Source: Poseidonia sp. (lineage in GTDB: Archaea > Thermoplasmatota > Poseidoniia > Poseidoniales > Poseidoniaceae). From it: a stretch of DNA of 64,000 bases. The notes below the pieces were generated by a model. That model was given only the letters and a program-made list of their open reading frames with translations. It did no database searches and had not been told where the DNA came from. Below are positions 39,618-49,038 of this stretch, one piece after another (positions within the stretch are counted from its first letter, which is position 1; every line of letters starts with the position of its first letter). The DNA lies in the NCBI GenBank assembly GCA_030827745.1, contig JAURDW010000001.1, positions 5,815-69,814 on the forward strand, given 5' to 3'. Position numbers and translations under genes: made by a program.

Positions 39618-42600
39618 TTCAATTCAACACAAGCCAACGCCTGGGCCTTGACCTCGACCGCCACATTGCCCTTGATGCAGGTGCCGGAACGGGAAAAACG
39701 ACCGTCATGGCCGAACGCTATGTCCAGCACTTGATGGCCGACCAACAACGGGCCACGCTCCTCACCCCGCTCGGGCCTCGTACGCCACTGACCGGTCACG
39801 GTGCTTTGCGAACACCCAAACGCGAACGAACAAACCTGTCTGAATGGCCGGGCCTTTTGCCTTCCGAGGTTGTCGCCATCACCTTCACAAGGAAATCGGC
39901 GGCGGAATTGAAGGAACGTATCCGCCATCGGTTGGGATTAAGCCGCGCCACGCCGTTGGCACACGGTGACGATGAAGGCATTTACGACCCGCGTCTTCGC
40001 AGCGATGGCGATGTGGAAATGCTGCTCTCGGCTCTCGATGAAGCCCCCATTTCCACCATCGATGCCTTCCTCAACCAACTCGTTCTTCCGTTCATCGATT
40101 TGGTGGCCCTTTACCCCTCCAATCAACAAGTCACGGAAGAACGGGCTCCGCTCATGCTTCGCGACACCTTGCACGCCGTTTGGCGCATTCGTTCGGTGGA
40201 CGACGCCCGCGAGGCGGGCGTGCTCAACCATCACGATGCGTTTCTTGCCTCCAGAACGCGATTGGTGGCTCGGCTCGGAGGACAAGACCAAGCTGAAGTG
40301 GTCCTCAACGGTTTGCTGGGTCGGTCCCTCTTCGTTGAGCAATCGCACCGTTCCATGATTCAACAAGCCAAAGACATGAACTTGGCGTGGAACGGTCGTG
40401 GTCCTGCTCCAATTGAAGTTTTGATGAACACCATCGCTGCGCCGGTAGCGAACATCCTTTCAGACTTTGTTGAGGACATCCACGGCCAACTGCAGGGTTG
40501 GCTGGACGAATTTGCCCCTTACCACGCCCAGTGCGTGACGCCGGCTGAGCATGAAACCGAATTGACACGGTACAATCATCTGCGCAGGGTGCTTTCCAAT
40601 CCCCCCGCAACGGACCCAGGGGAGCAGTTGTCTTGGATGTGGCAGGTCTTCCTCGGTTTGGCGACAGGCTCGGGCCTCGAAAAGCCTCAGTGCACGTTCT
40701 TCCCGCGGGGACATCTTCCCAGTGGAGACGAATGGCCGTCGGGGCTCTTGACAAAATCGAACGTACGCGGCATCTCAGGAGCCGACAAAAAGGCGCTTTA
40801 TGACCGAGCAGCCGCCCGCCTCCCCCCTATGCTTGAACGCCTCAACTCGACGGAAGGCACGCTCATCCGCCTTCTTGCCCGTTCAGCGTTCTTGCTCTCT
40901 CCTGGCACAGGTTTTGACGGCATGCCGCTGGATTGCCCCCTCCGACTTGACCCGCTTGAGGAACCGCTCCCTCTCGAGCCCAGTGAACGGGACATGTACG
41001 TTTCACCCTCCTTGCAAACCGAGGTCTTGAGCGACTTGATGGTCCTCCACACCGGATGCCAACAAATTCTCGCCCGAAGGAAATCGCTTGATGGCATGCA
41101 TGATTTCGATGACATGCAACGGTTTGCTGCCGACCTCCTGCTCGCCCGTTGCCCCGATGTCTGCCGCCACCTCTACCCGCCTGATGTCATTGACGTTCTC
41201 GACGGGTTGGGGGACGAGCCATGGAGTGACGTCCACATTTCCAGAGCCCTCACGATGCTCAACGACCGACCGAAACTTCAGGAAGACCTTCAGCGCCGGT
41301 TTGCCATCCTCAGCGATCTTCGCCGCCAATATCGAGCCTTCATCATCGATGAATACCAAGACACCAACCCATCTCATTACCGCCTTCTGGCTCGCCTTTG
41401 GGGGCGTCGCCGTCGGGAAAGCGACGACCCGGAACGGCCCTTTGGTCCGTGGGACCCGACCGTCTGCATCGTCGGCGATATGAAGCAAAGCATCTACCGT
41501 TTCCGTCAAGCCGAAGTTTCGGTGATGCGCCGTGCGGTCGCCGCCATTCGCTCGTTCAACGCTCTGGAATTTGGCGACACACGGCTTGACCACCTTCGTC
41601 AGCCAGGCTGCGGACGAGATCCACGACCGGTCGGCGCAGGTGGTGAAACGGGCTCGTTTTCAAACGAACACACCGGTGAAGGTTCGGCCCCTTACACCCA
41701 TGTTCCCTTCGCTGACGAAGACGAACGAACGCTTCCCAACATCACCGGAGAACGGTTGGTTCGCCGCGCAGAGGGGCATGTTGATCTGACCTCCAATCAT
41801 CGGACCCGTCACAATTTGATGGAGACGATGAACGATATGTTTGACGAGGTCTTCCATCCTCGCCATCACGAACTTCCGGGGGACTGGCACGCTGAACCGC
41901 AACGGCTCCGTCCTGCCCGAACAACCGAAGACCCGGGTGTGCTTGAGTGGCTTTTGCCCATTGCCGGCCCCGTAACGAGCCCTCCCTTGGACCTCGATGT
42001 CGCGGTCGATGCCTTTCAAGATCCATCTGCGTCGTCGGTGCAACGGGAGCATCAATTGCTCGCTGACCGCCTTCATTCCCTTCTGGAGCGGGCACCAACG
42101 CGGGTGTGGGACGCCGTCAACGCCAACTGGCAGAACGTTGAGGAAGAAGGTCCAGAAGTGCGACCTCAGGACATCATGATTCTGGTAAATTCTCGAAAAC
42201 ATCTCCCCGACTTGGTGGAACGCCTGCGCGGGCGGGGCATCCCTGTCATGGCCGACCGACAAGGCTTGCTGCTCGCTCAACCCGTGGTTCAGCCTCTCCT
42301 CGCTCTGCTGGCTTTGATGGCCCGGCCAAGCGCTCGTTCAGCAGGCTTCGTCCTCGCACGTTCACCCGTGATGGGGATGACCGAGCGTCAAGTTCAGGAG
42401 GCCCTCCTGTCTGTGCCTGTTGGTCAAAGCCTCTGGCCTGCTCTCATTGAGCACGCACCCACCGAAGCGGTTCGAAGCCTCATCCAAGACTTGCACCGAA
42501 CGGTACGGTGGGGTGCTGTTTACGATGCATTTGATACCGTTCTGGACCGTTCGGACCTGTTGGTGGCCTACCCTGAAGATTCACAACGCCAATTCGCCGA

Positions 42601-44530
42601 GGCTTGGCTGGCGATGGTGCACGGCATCGGAAAAGAAACCGGTCATGACGTCTCCGCCATGCAAAGGCGCATGGTTGAAATCAAAGCCTTGGACCGCCAA
42701 GGCCCTCAAGCCATTGTCAAGGCGGACGCTTCTTCCGTGAAGATCATGACCATCCACGGCTCAAAAGGTCTCCAAGCCCCCGTCGTTGTTGTTTCGGGCT
42801 TGTTTAGCGCAGGCATGGCCGATGCGAGCATGGCGGTGTCGGACAACGTTCTCGTGACACCCCAAGTGGTGGCGGGACGCATTCAGCCTTGGCGAGCGAG
42901 GGAGCGACCAGCGGACGGTCTGTGGTCCTTCGCGACCGAGATGAACAAAGCCCAAGACAAGGCTGAGTTGCGACGAAAATTCTACGTGGCCCTGACCCGC
43001 GTGAAGGACCGCCTCATCATCACGGGATCCCCCGGCAAACAATCCACCTTTGATGCTGAGTCGGGAGCCCTTGGGGTTCGTGTGCAACCTGACCCACGGA
43101 CCATGGGCAAGATGCTGGTTGAGGGGTTGCGAAGAGCGGCATGGCGGGCGGGCGACGCCGCTTCACCGTGGCTTCATGCTGGCGAGGCCGAGGCAACCGA
43201 ACTCCCATCGTTTGCTCCCCTCAAGACCGTGACGTTGCTCGACCCCGCTCGTTTGCTCAACGAGGCGCCCTTGGGCCTGAACGGCGTTCAGGGGCTTCGC
43301 CTGTATCACCATCCGCTGTGTTTTGACCCATCGGTCCCTCGCTCCGTTCAACAACGAGCACGTGACCTTGAGGCCCATTTGGCCTCCGGCCCCGACCGCC
43401 CAAGGCCGACTCTCATTCGCTTGCCGGTTGAAGAAACGCTTCAGGGGGCCGCACACCACTTGGATTCAACCTCGGCGTGCCAGCGAAGGTATTGGCTTGA
43501 GCACGTCAACGGTTGGACGCCGGAGCCGTTCCGCCTCCCCGCGTCCGCAACCGTCTCCCCGAGCGAGAACCCGTGGCCCAAGCCCACCGAATTTGGGCTC
43601 ATGATGCACCGCGTCATGGAAATCGGTCTCAGAAATCCGTTGAACTTCGTTGATGGCGCCCCCAAGTTGGACCCGTCTTGGAACCACGCCTCAGAAGACA
43701 ACTTGGCCTCCGAGACCACGGTGGCTCGGGTGATGCACGAATTCGGCTATGGCCCTGAGCAGGAGGACGGTTCAGATTCCGCTCGATGGCGAGACCGATT
43801 AATGCATCTTGGCAGCCTCATCGATGTCGGTGTTCTCGGGCGGTGGACACAAGGTGAGCACCTTCACGGCTGGACCCTGGAAGCCGTGCGAACGGAACTG
43901 CCGTTTTTCCATCGTGAGCGAATGGTGATGGAAGATGAAGCCATGAGGGAATTGATTCCATCATCCGTTGGTGTTGGTGATTTGCAAGCCGTCAACATGG
44001 ATTTTAGCGGACGGGCTGATTTGGTCTTGGCCCTCGCCAACAGCGATGGGGACGGGGCTCTGCAGGTTGTGGACCTGAAGACCAAAGGATGCCTGAAGGA
44101 TTTCAATGCAGCAAACGCTGCTTCAGGCCACGCCCTTCAAGGGGTGCCTTCGAGCGAACTCTCACTCGACCCGAAATCGGATGCAGAGGCGGAACTGTTG
44201 GCGGAGCACGAACTGCAGCTCACGCTGTATTCCGTGGCGTTGGAAGCGATGGAAGCGGCCAAGCCGGAGGAAGACCGGCGCCATGTTCTTCCTCCAGCCT
44301 TGCTCGTTGGCGCAAACGGCCGCATGATTCAACTCACGAAAACGAGGTTTGAGCAGGCAAAAGATGTCCTTCGAAACCATTTGAAATGGCGTACAGCGGT
44401 TCACTTGAACCCCGAATTGGCGGAACCGCCCCGCCTCAAAGCAGGGTCAATGACCTGCACGATGTGTCCGTTTTATCGAGGCGATTTGCGTCGGTGCGGT
44501 CCTGAAGGCGAGCCCTTGGGCTTCAGGTGA
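39614..44530 (+). CDS. AddA/RexA-like subunit: UvrD-family SF1 helicase fused to a C-terminal PD-(D/E)XK nuclease that also carries a 4-Cys cluster.
   Basis: Helicase motifs: Q (FNTSQRL), I (GAGTGKTT), Ia (VAITFTRKSAAEL), II (IIDEYQDTN), III (GDMKQSIYRFRQAE), IV (SNHRTRHN), V (TIHGSKGLQAP) and VI (YVALTRVKDRLIITG). Nuclease motifs GRADLVLAL, VVDLKTKG and QLTLYSVALE. Cys ligands ACQRRYWL and CTMCPFYRGDLRRC. The start at ATG 39614 overlaps the upstream stop. Confidence 0.8.
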   Translation: MIQFNTSQRLGLDLDRHIALDAGAGTGKTTVMAERYVQHLMADQQRATLLTPLGPRTPLTGHGALRTPKRERTNLSEWPGLLPSEVVAITFTRKSAAELKERIRHRLGLSRATPLAHGDDEGIYDPRLRSDGDVEMLLSALDEAPISTIDAFLNQLVLPFIDLVALYPSNQQVTEERAPLMLRDTLHAVWRIRSVDDAREAGVLNHHDAFLASRTRLVARLGGQDQAEVVLNGLLGRSLFVEQSHRSMIQQAKDMNLAWNGRGPAPIEVLMNTIAAPVANILSDFVEDIHGQLQGWLDEFAPYHAQCVTPAEHETELTRYNHLRRVLSNPPATDPGEQLSWMWQVFLGLATGSGLEKPQCTFFPRGHLPSGDEWPSGLLTKSNVRGISGADKKALYDRAAARLPPMLERLNSTEGTLIRLLARSAFLLSPGTGFDGMPLDCPLRLDPLEEPLPLEPSERDMYVSPSLQTEVLSDLMVLHTGCQQILARRKSLDGMHDFDDMQRFAADLLLARCPDVCRHLYPPDVIDVLDGLGDEPWSDVHISRALTMLNDRPKLQEDLQRRFAILSDLRRQYRAFIIDEYQDTNPSHYRLLARLWGRRRRESDDPERPFGPWDPTVCIVGDMKQSIYRFRQAEVSVMRRAVAAIRSFNALEFGDTRLDHLRQPGCGRDPRPVGAGGETGSFSNEHTGEGSAPYTHVPFADEDERTLPNITGERLVRRAEGHVDLTSNHRTRHNLMETMNDMFDEVFHPRHHELPGDWHAEPQRLRPARTTEDPGVLEWLLPIAGPVTSPPLDLDVAVDAFQDPSASSVQREHQLLADRLHSLLERAPTRVWDAVNANWQNVEEEGPEVRPQDIMILVNSRKHLPDLVERLRGRGIPVMADRQGLLLAQPVVQPLLALLALMARPSARSAGFVLARSPVMGMTERQVQEALLSVPVGQSLWPALIEHAPTEAVRSLIQDLHRTVRWGAVYDAFDTVLDRSDLLVAYPEDSQRQFAEAWLAMVHGIGKETGHDVSAMQRRMVEIKALDRQGPQAIVKADASSVKIMTIHGSKGLQAPVVVVSGLFSAGMADASMAVSDNVLVTPQVVAGRIQPWRARERPADGLWSFATEMNKAQDKAELRRKFYVALTRVKDRLIITGSPGKQSTFDAESGALGVRVQPDPRTMGKMLVEGLRRAAWRAGDAASPWLHAGEAEATELPSFAPLKTVTLLDPARLLNEAPLGLNGVQGLRLYHHPLCFDPSVPRSVQQRARDLEAHLASGPDRPRPTLIRLPVEETLQGAAHHLDSTSACQRRYWLEHVNGWTPEPFRLPASATVSPSENPWPKPTEFGLMMHRVMEIGLRNPLNFVDGAPKLDPSWNHASEDNLASETTVARVMHEFGYGPEQEDGSDSARWRDRLMHLGSLIDVGVLGRWTQGEHLHGWTLEAVRTELPFFHRERMVMEDEAMRELIPSSVGVGDLQAVNMDFSGRADLVLALANSDGDGALQVVDLKTKGCLKDFNAANAASGHALQGVPSSELSLDPKSDAEAELLAEHELQLTLYSVALEAMEAAKPEEDRRHVLPPALLVGANGRMIQLTKTRFEQAKDVLRNHLKWRTAVHLNPELAEPPRLKAGSMTCTMCPFYRGDLRRCGPEGEPLGFR

Positions 44531-45149
44531 GTTCGGGTTTGACGGCCGTAAGGACCAACGTTCCGCTCCACCCTTCTTTTGCACCGACCTGTTCTGCTTT
44601 GACATCAACAAAACCAGCCTTGGTCAAGCCCTGCATCCATCCTTCGATGGACAGGGTGGTCATGTGAACCTGGAGGGATTCTCCCCAATCAAGGCTCGAC
44701 GGGTTCTCGGCGTAATGATCCACGCCAATGACGATTTTTCCGCCGGGGCTCATCCATCGCTGGTGCACTTCAACAAGGAACGCAAACGGGTCATGGAGGT
44801 AATACAGGAACTCCATGGAGTGAACAAGGTCAAACGGTTCACGTGGAGCCCATGCAGGCAACATCGCTTCAACATAATCGCCTTGGGGGTCGATGTCTTT
44901 GGCCTTCTGAATCATGGAAGGCGCTCCGTCAACACCCGAGGCGTGGGTGCACAGGGGGTGGTTCGCAAGTTTTCGCACCACCCATCCATTTCCACACCCG
45001 ATATCGATCGCAGTGAAGGGGGACGTCACGCCCTCAAGCAGGCGCTCCAGCATGACCGTTACGCTCGGGGTGTGGCCTCGTTCCATGCCTTCGTCCCGTC
45101 CGTTATCGGCCCACTCGCTGAACAGTTTCGTTGCATCACGTTGCCCCAT
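44523..45149 (-). CDS. Class I SAM-dependent methyltransferase.
   Basis: SAM motif I IDIGCGNGWVV; post-I acidic residue GVDGAPSMI; motif II DLVHSMEFLYYLHDP. Start uncertain (the ORF is open to 45404, with candidate Mets at 45149 and 45086). Confidence 0.6.
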   Translation of the reverse strand: MGQRDATKLFSEWADNGRDEGMERGHTPSVTVMLERLLEGVTSPFTAIDIGCGNGWVVRKLANHPLCTHASGVDGAPSMIQKAKDIDPQGDYVEAMLPAWAPREPFDLVHSMEFLYYLHDPFAFLVEVHQRWMSPGGKIVIGVDHYAENPSSLDWGESLQVHMTTLSIEGWMQGLTKAGFVDVKAEQVGAKEGWSGTLVLTAVKPELT

Positions 45150-45220
45150 GCATGGATGCCACCTGCGGTTGTCCATGAACCTGTTCACAGCGAAAGGAAC
45201 ATGCACACCGTCCACTTGGG

Positions 45221-46189
45221 TTGTGCATGCTCGACACGGCAACCACCCTCGCCGATGTGCTTTATCCTCCCATTGAACCCATCCAAACGGGCATGCTTTC
45301 TGTCTCGGATCTCCACACCATCGCTTGGGAGCAGAGCGGCAATCCAGATGGGATTCCCGTGCTGGTCGTTCACGGTGGACCGGGGGGCGGTGCACAGCCA
45401 TCATACCGGCAATACTTCGACCCGGCGGCCTTCAACATCGTTCAGTTCAGCCAGCGGGGGTGCGGCTTGTCAACACCTTACGCCGAACTCACAGACAACA
45501 CCACCCAAGCCTCGGTCCACGACATGGAGCGGTTGCGCGAGCATCTCAGTATCGACCGCTGGCATGTTTTTGGCGGCTCATGGGGCTCAACCCTCTCGCT
45601 CATCTACGCCCAACACCACCCCGAGAAGGTGCTCAGTCTCGTGCTTAGAGGCATCTTCATGTGTCGGAAATCAGAGTTGCATTGGTTCTATCAAGACGGT
45701 GCCAGTCATCTTTTCCCCGATGCGTTTGAACCGTACCGAAATCACATTCCAGAGGCCGAGCGGGGTGACTTGATTCAAGCCTACTATGCTCGACTGACCA
45801 GCGAAGACGTTGATGTTCGCCGAGCTGCGGCCAAGGAATGGACCCGGTGGGAGATGGCGACCAGCCGTTTGTTCCCGGACCCGGAGTACCTTGACAAAGC
45901 CGAAGACTTGGATTTCGCCGTGGCGTTTGCTCGGATTGAATGCCATTACTTCATCAACGCCATCTTCGTTGAAGAAGCCCACATTCTCCACCATGTTGAA
46001 CGCCTTCAACACCTTCCAACGGTCATCGTTCAAGGGCGCTACGATGTGGTGTGCCCGACCCGCAGTGCCTGGGAACTTCACCAAGCCATGCCGCACAGCA
46101 AACTCATCATCGTACCCGACGCAGGTCACTCGATGGGCGAGGTGAGCATTGCCCGAGAACTGGTTGCCGCCACCGATGCGCTTCGTTGA
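45221..46189 (+). CDS. pip: Prolyl aminopeptidase (proline iminopeptidase, S33 family).
   Basis: LYPPIEPIQTGMLSVSDLHTIAWEQSGNPDGIPVLVVHGGPGGG and the nucleophile elbow GGSWGS. Typical Pip length. Confidence 0.85.
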   Translation: MCMLDTATTLADVLYPPIEPIQTGMLSVSDLHTIAWEQSGNPDGIPVLVVHGGPGGGAQPSYRQYFDPAAFNIVQFSQRGCGLSTPYAELTDNTTQASVHDMERLREHLSIDRWHVFGGSWGSTLSLIYAQHHPEKVLSLVLRGIFMCRKSELHWFYQDGASHLFPDAFEPYRNHIPEAERGDLIQAYYARLTSEDVDVRRAAAKEWTRWEMATSRLFPDPEYLDKAEDLDFAVAFARIECHYFINAIFVEEAHILHHVERLQHLPTVIVQGRYDVVCPTRSAWELHQAMPHSKLIIVPDAGHSMGEVSIARELVAATDALR

Positions 46190-46293
46190 TGAAGATCCCC
46201 GCGAGGTCGGTCGTCTCGGTGCTCTTTGGAGCGTCGGCTTGATAGGGAGGAGGGGACTGGCCGTAGATGGAGGCTTGACCTCCGGGTGAACCC

Positions 46294-47064
46294 ATGTCGG
46301 AAGGAACCATCACGCCTGAAGTGCGAATCAAGGAACTCGAAGAGGCGTTGGCCACCGAGACCGACCGCCTGCAGAAGTTGTTCGCCGCCTACGAAACTCA
46401 AGAAAAGGAACTCGTGGATGCAAAGGCCGAGATCGAGGTTTTAGAGAAGGAGATCATCGACCGAGAAATCGAAAAGGAATCCCTTGAGTCCATCATCGCC
46501 GAAAAGGACGTGAGGGCACGTGAACTTGAGATGCGGGCCACAAAATCGTCGAAGCGCGTCGAACACCTTGAGCCAGAATTGGACAAGATGGAAGAAAAAT
46601 ATTCTCGTGAAAAAGACCGATTGGGCAAGGTCTTCGGCATTGCTGAGGAACTTGACAACGACCTTCGCCTTGCTGTCACCGAAATGAAGGCACGAGACGA
46701 TTGGTATGTCGCTCATATGCAGATTTTTGAAGACCTGAACAAAGCCATCAAGGAACGCTACGAGATGATTGAGCGTGCGGTTGAATCCGAACGAAAATCC
46801 CAGCACATGTCCCGCGTGTTCACCGAACGCATGGAGGAGATGGTGCAGGCACGTTCGGAAGAACAAGCTGAAGAACAGGCGCAAGCCGCCGAGGCAGAAG
46901 CGGCAACCGCAGCCGTTGAAGTTGTTGATGAGCCCGACGAAGCCCCTGCTGCCGAGGAACAGGTTGCAGACGAATCACCGGCCGATGCGCCCGATGACAC
47001 GAGCGAAGAGGAAGCACCTCCCCAGAGTTGGGGCGACGGTGCAGACCCTTGGGCCTCCGAGTAG
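46294..47064 (+). CDS. Coiled-coil protein with an acidic, low-complexity C-terminus.
   Basis: Heptad-like E/K/L-rich sequence throughout, and a C-terminal EEQAEEQAQAAEAEAATAA...DESPADAPDDTSEEE. Confidence 0.5.
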   Translation: MSEGTITPEVRIKELEEALATETDRLQKLFAAYETQEKELVDAKAEIEVLEKEIIDREIEKESLESIIAEKDVRARELEMRATKSSKRVEHLEPELDKMEEKYSREKDRLGKVFGIAEELDNDLRLAVTEMKARDDWYVAHMQIFEDLNKAIKERYEMIERAVESERKSQHMSRVFTERMEEMVQARSEEQAEEQAQAAEAEAATAAVEVVDEPDEAPAAEEQVADESPADAPDDTSEEEAPPQSWGDGADPWASE

Positions 47065-47072
47065 GTGAGGTG

Positions 47073-47933
47073 ATGGCCGGTTTGGCCCCGGGTGGCCACG
47101 GCCCCGTGTTGACCATGAGCATGATGGGCATCAGCGCCCTCATCATCGGGACGGTTCTCGATCCACTGGCTGGCTTGGTTCCGCTGTTTGGAATGTTTTG
47201 CCTCATGGCGGCCGTTTTTCTCGGCTATTTTTGGCGAGACCCAGACCGGCCGATTCCACGCACTCGGGGTGTTTTGGTTTCACCTGCTGACGGGCACGTC
47301 ATGTTTCTGAAGCGAGAACGTGCTACTGGGCAACGACCAAACAATGCCCATGTTGCCTCAGGGGCGGTCGAGTCCGTCCCTCTTACCGGCGATTGGTTTC
47401 CCAAACCGCTGACGGCTCCGCTCAGCTTTGCAACCGAGCAGCGCTACGAAGCCGTTCCGGAAGGAGAAGAAGCAGAGACCGATGTGTGGCGGCTGGCCAT
47501 CTTCATGTCGCCCTTGGACGTCCATGTCAACCGTGCCCCAGCTGCTGGCATCCTTGAACGCATCGAACACCGTACCGGAAAAGGCCGGCGCCGTGGTCCG
47601 TTTCGTCCAGCCTACACCAAAGAGAGCCAGTTCAACGAGCGTGTCCGTTCAGTCCATTTGCTCGACAACGGTGTGCGGGTAGAAATCACACAAATTTCCG
47701 GGGCTTTGGCCCGCACCATCGTCCCGTTTCTTCTGGAAGGCAGCCCTGTTCGTCGAGGCCAACGCATCGGGATGATTCGATTGGGTTCAAGAGTGGACCT
47801 TCGCGTCCCCGCCAAGCACTACCATTCATCAATCATCACCGCAGAGCATCACCACACCGACCACCCCAAGGGCATGCACGTGCAGGCAGGTTCATCGGTG
47901 GTGTTTGAGCCCGTGTTGGAGGAAGAAGAGTGA
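47073..47933 (+). CDS. psd: Phosphatidylserine/archaetidylserine decarboxylase proenzyme (Psd family).
   Basis: PSD-like core (RLAIFMSPLDVHVNRAP...GALARTIVP...GQRIGMIRLGSRVDL) with an N-terminal membrane segment. The start is taken at ATG 47073. Confidence 0.65.
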   Translation: MAGLAPGGHGPVLTMSMMGISALIIGTVLDPLAGLVPLFGMFCLMAAVFLGYFWRDPDRPIPRTRGVLVSPADGHVMFLKRERATGQRPNNAHVASGAVESVPLTGDWFPKPLTAPLSFATEQRYEAVPEGEEAETDVWRLAIFMSPLDVHVNRAPAAGILERIEHRTGKGRRRGPFRPAYTKESQFNERVRSVHLLDNGVRVEITQISGALARTIVPFLLEGSPVRRGQRIGMIRLGSRVDLRVPAKHYHSSIITAEHHHTDHPKGMHVQAGSSVVFEPVLEEEE

Positions 47934-49003
47934 GTCGAATGAAGCGAACCGTCCCCGCCGTTCTGGTGTTTCTCATCGTAAGCATGCCTGTTGTTTACTA
48001 TCAGGCCGGCAACCTTGTCTACACGCAAGCAGCGGCCAACAGCCCGGATTGTTCGGGTCATTCTGCTCGCAACTCACCCGATGAATTCAGCGTTGAATTG
48101 TGGCACGAGGACGTGACCACCGTCACCCACCAGAAGAACGAGACGTTGGCCGCCAATCTCGAACCGCTTTGGTTCGACCAATGGGAGAACGTTTCCATCG
48201 ATGTGCCCGACGAAGCGATCACCCTCGCGGGGTGGGTGATGGAACACGGAACCGACGACCCGTGGGTGATGGTGGTTCACGGTATTCGGTCCTGCAAAGC
48301 AAATCACGAGGTCCTCATTCCTGCAGCTTGGCTTTACCAAGCCGGGTACAACGTGATTTTGTTCGACATGCGCGATCACGGGAACAGCACCATCGAAGAC
48401 GGTTTGGTATCGGCGGGTCAACGAGAACACCGGGATGTTTTGGCAGCCTGGGAGTGGCTCCAAGACGAAAAGGGTGCTGAACCCGAACACATCGGCGCTG
48501 TTGGTATTTCGATGGGCGCAGGGGCCGTCACCATCGCCTTCGAACAGGAACCAAGGCTTCAGTCTGTTTTCCTTGAATCGCCTTATTCATCCATGGGCAA
48601 TGTGATCGAAGAGGAACTCGTTTTCGCAGGGTTCCCAACTTTTCTCAAGGATGCAGCCCTCTTTGCCGGAAAGGTCTCATCTGGAGACAATTTGGTCAAA
48701 TATGAGCCGATTGAAGCCATGAACGCGGTGGGCGATCGTGCCGTTTATGTCGTACATTCGTTAGAGGATGTTCGCATCAATACCTACCACGGTAAAACGA
48801 TGTGCGAAGCGGCCCAGGCAAGTGTAAGCGAAGACGGTTTGGTGGAGTGTTGGTTTGAATCCTCTGCCGTGGCCCACAACGACCGAGGACGAGAAGGGGT
48901 TCTCTCGCATGTCACCACGATGCTTACGCATCCAGATGAATACAGGGACAGAATGGTCGGTTTCTTTGAAGAGAGCATCGGCAAGCCGGGTGCGGTGGTT
49001 TGA
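47930..49003 (+). CDS. Alpha/beta hydrolase (dienelactone-hydrolase/S9-like) with an N-terminal TM/signal segment.
   Basis: Nucleophile elbow GISMGAG, with HG upstream (VVHGIRS) and a downstream acidic/His pattern. A GTG start at 47930 overlaps the psd stop; the alternative ATG is at 47939. Confidence 0.6.
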   Translation: MSRMKRTVPAVLVFLIVSMPVVYYQAGNLVYTQAAANSPDCSGHSARNSPDEFSVELWHEDVTTVTHQKNETLAANLEPLWFDQWENVSIDVPDEAITLAGWVMEHGTDDPWVMVVHGIRSCKANHEVLIPAAWLYQAGYNVILFDMRDHGNSTIEDGLVSAGQREHRDVLAAWEWLQDEKGAEPEHIGAVGISMGAGAVTIAFEQEPRLQSVFLESPYSSMGNVIEEELVFAGFPTFLKDAALFAGKVSSGDNLVKYEPIEAMNAVGDRAVYVVHSLEDVRINTYHGKTMCEAAQASVSEDGLVECWFESSAVAHNDRGREGVLSHVTTMLTHPDEYRDRMVGFFEESIGKPGAVV

Positions 49004-49038
49004 AGCGGAAGACGCTGACGGAGCCTTGCGGTGAGCCC

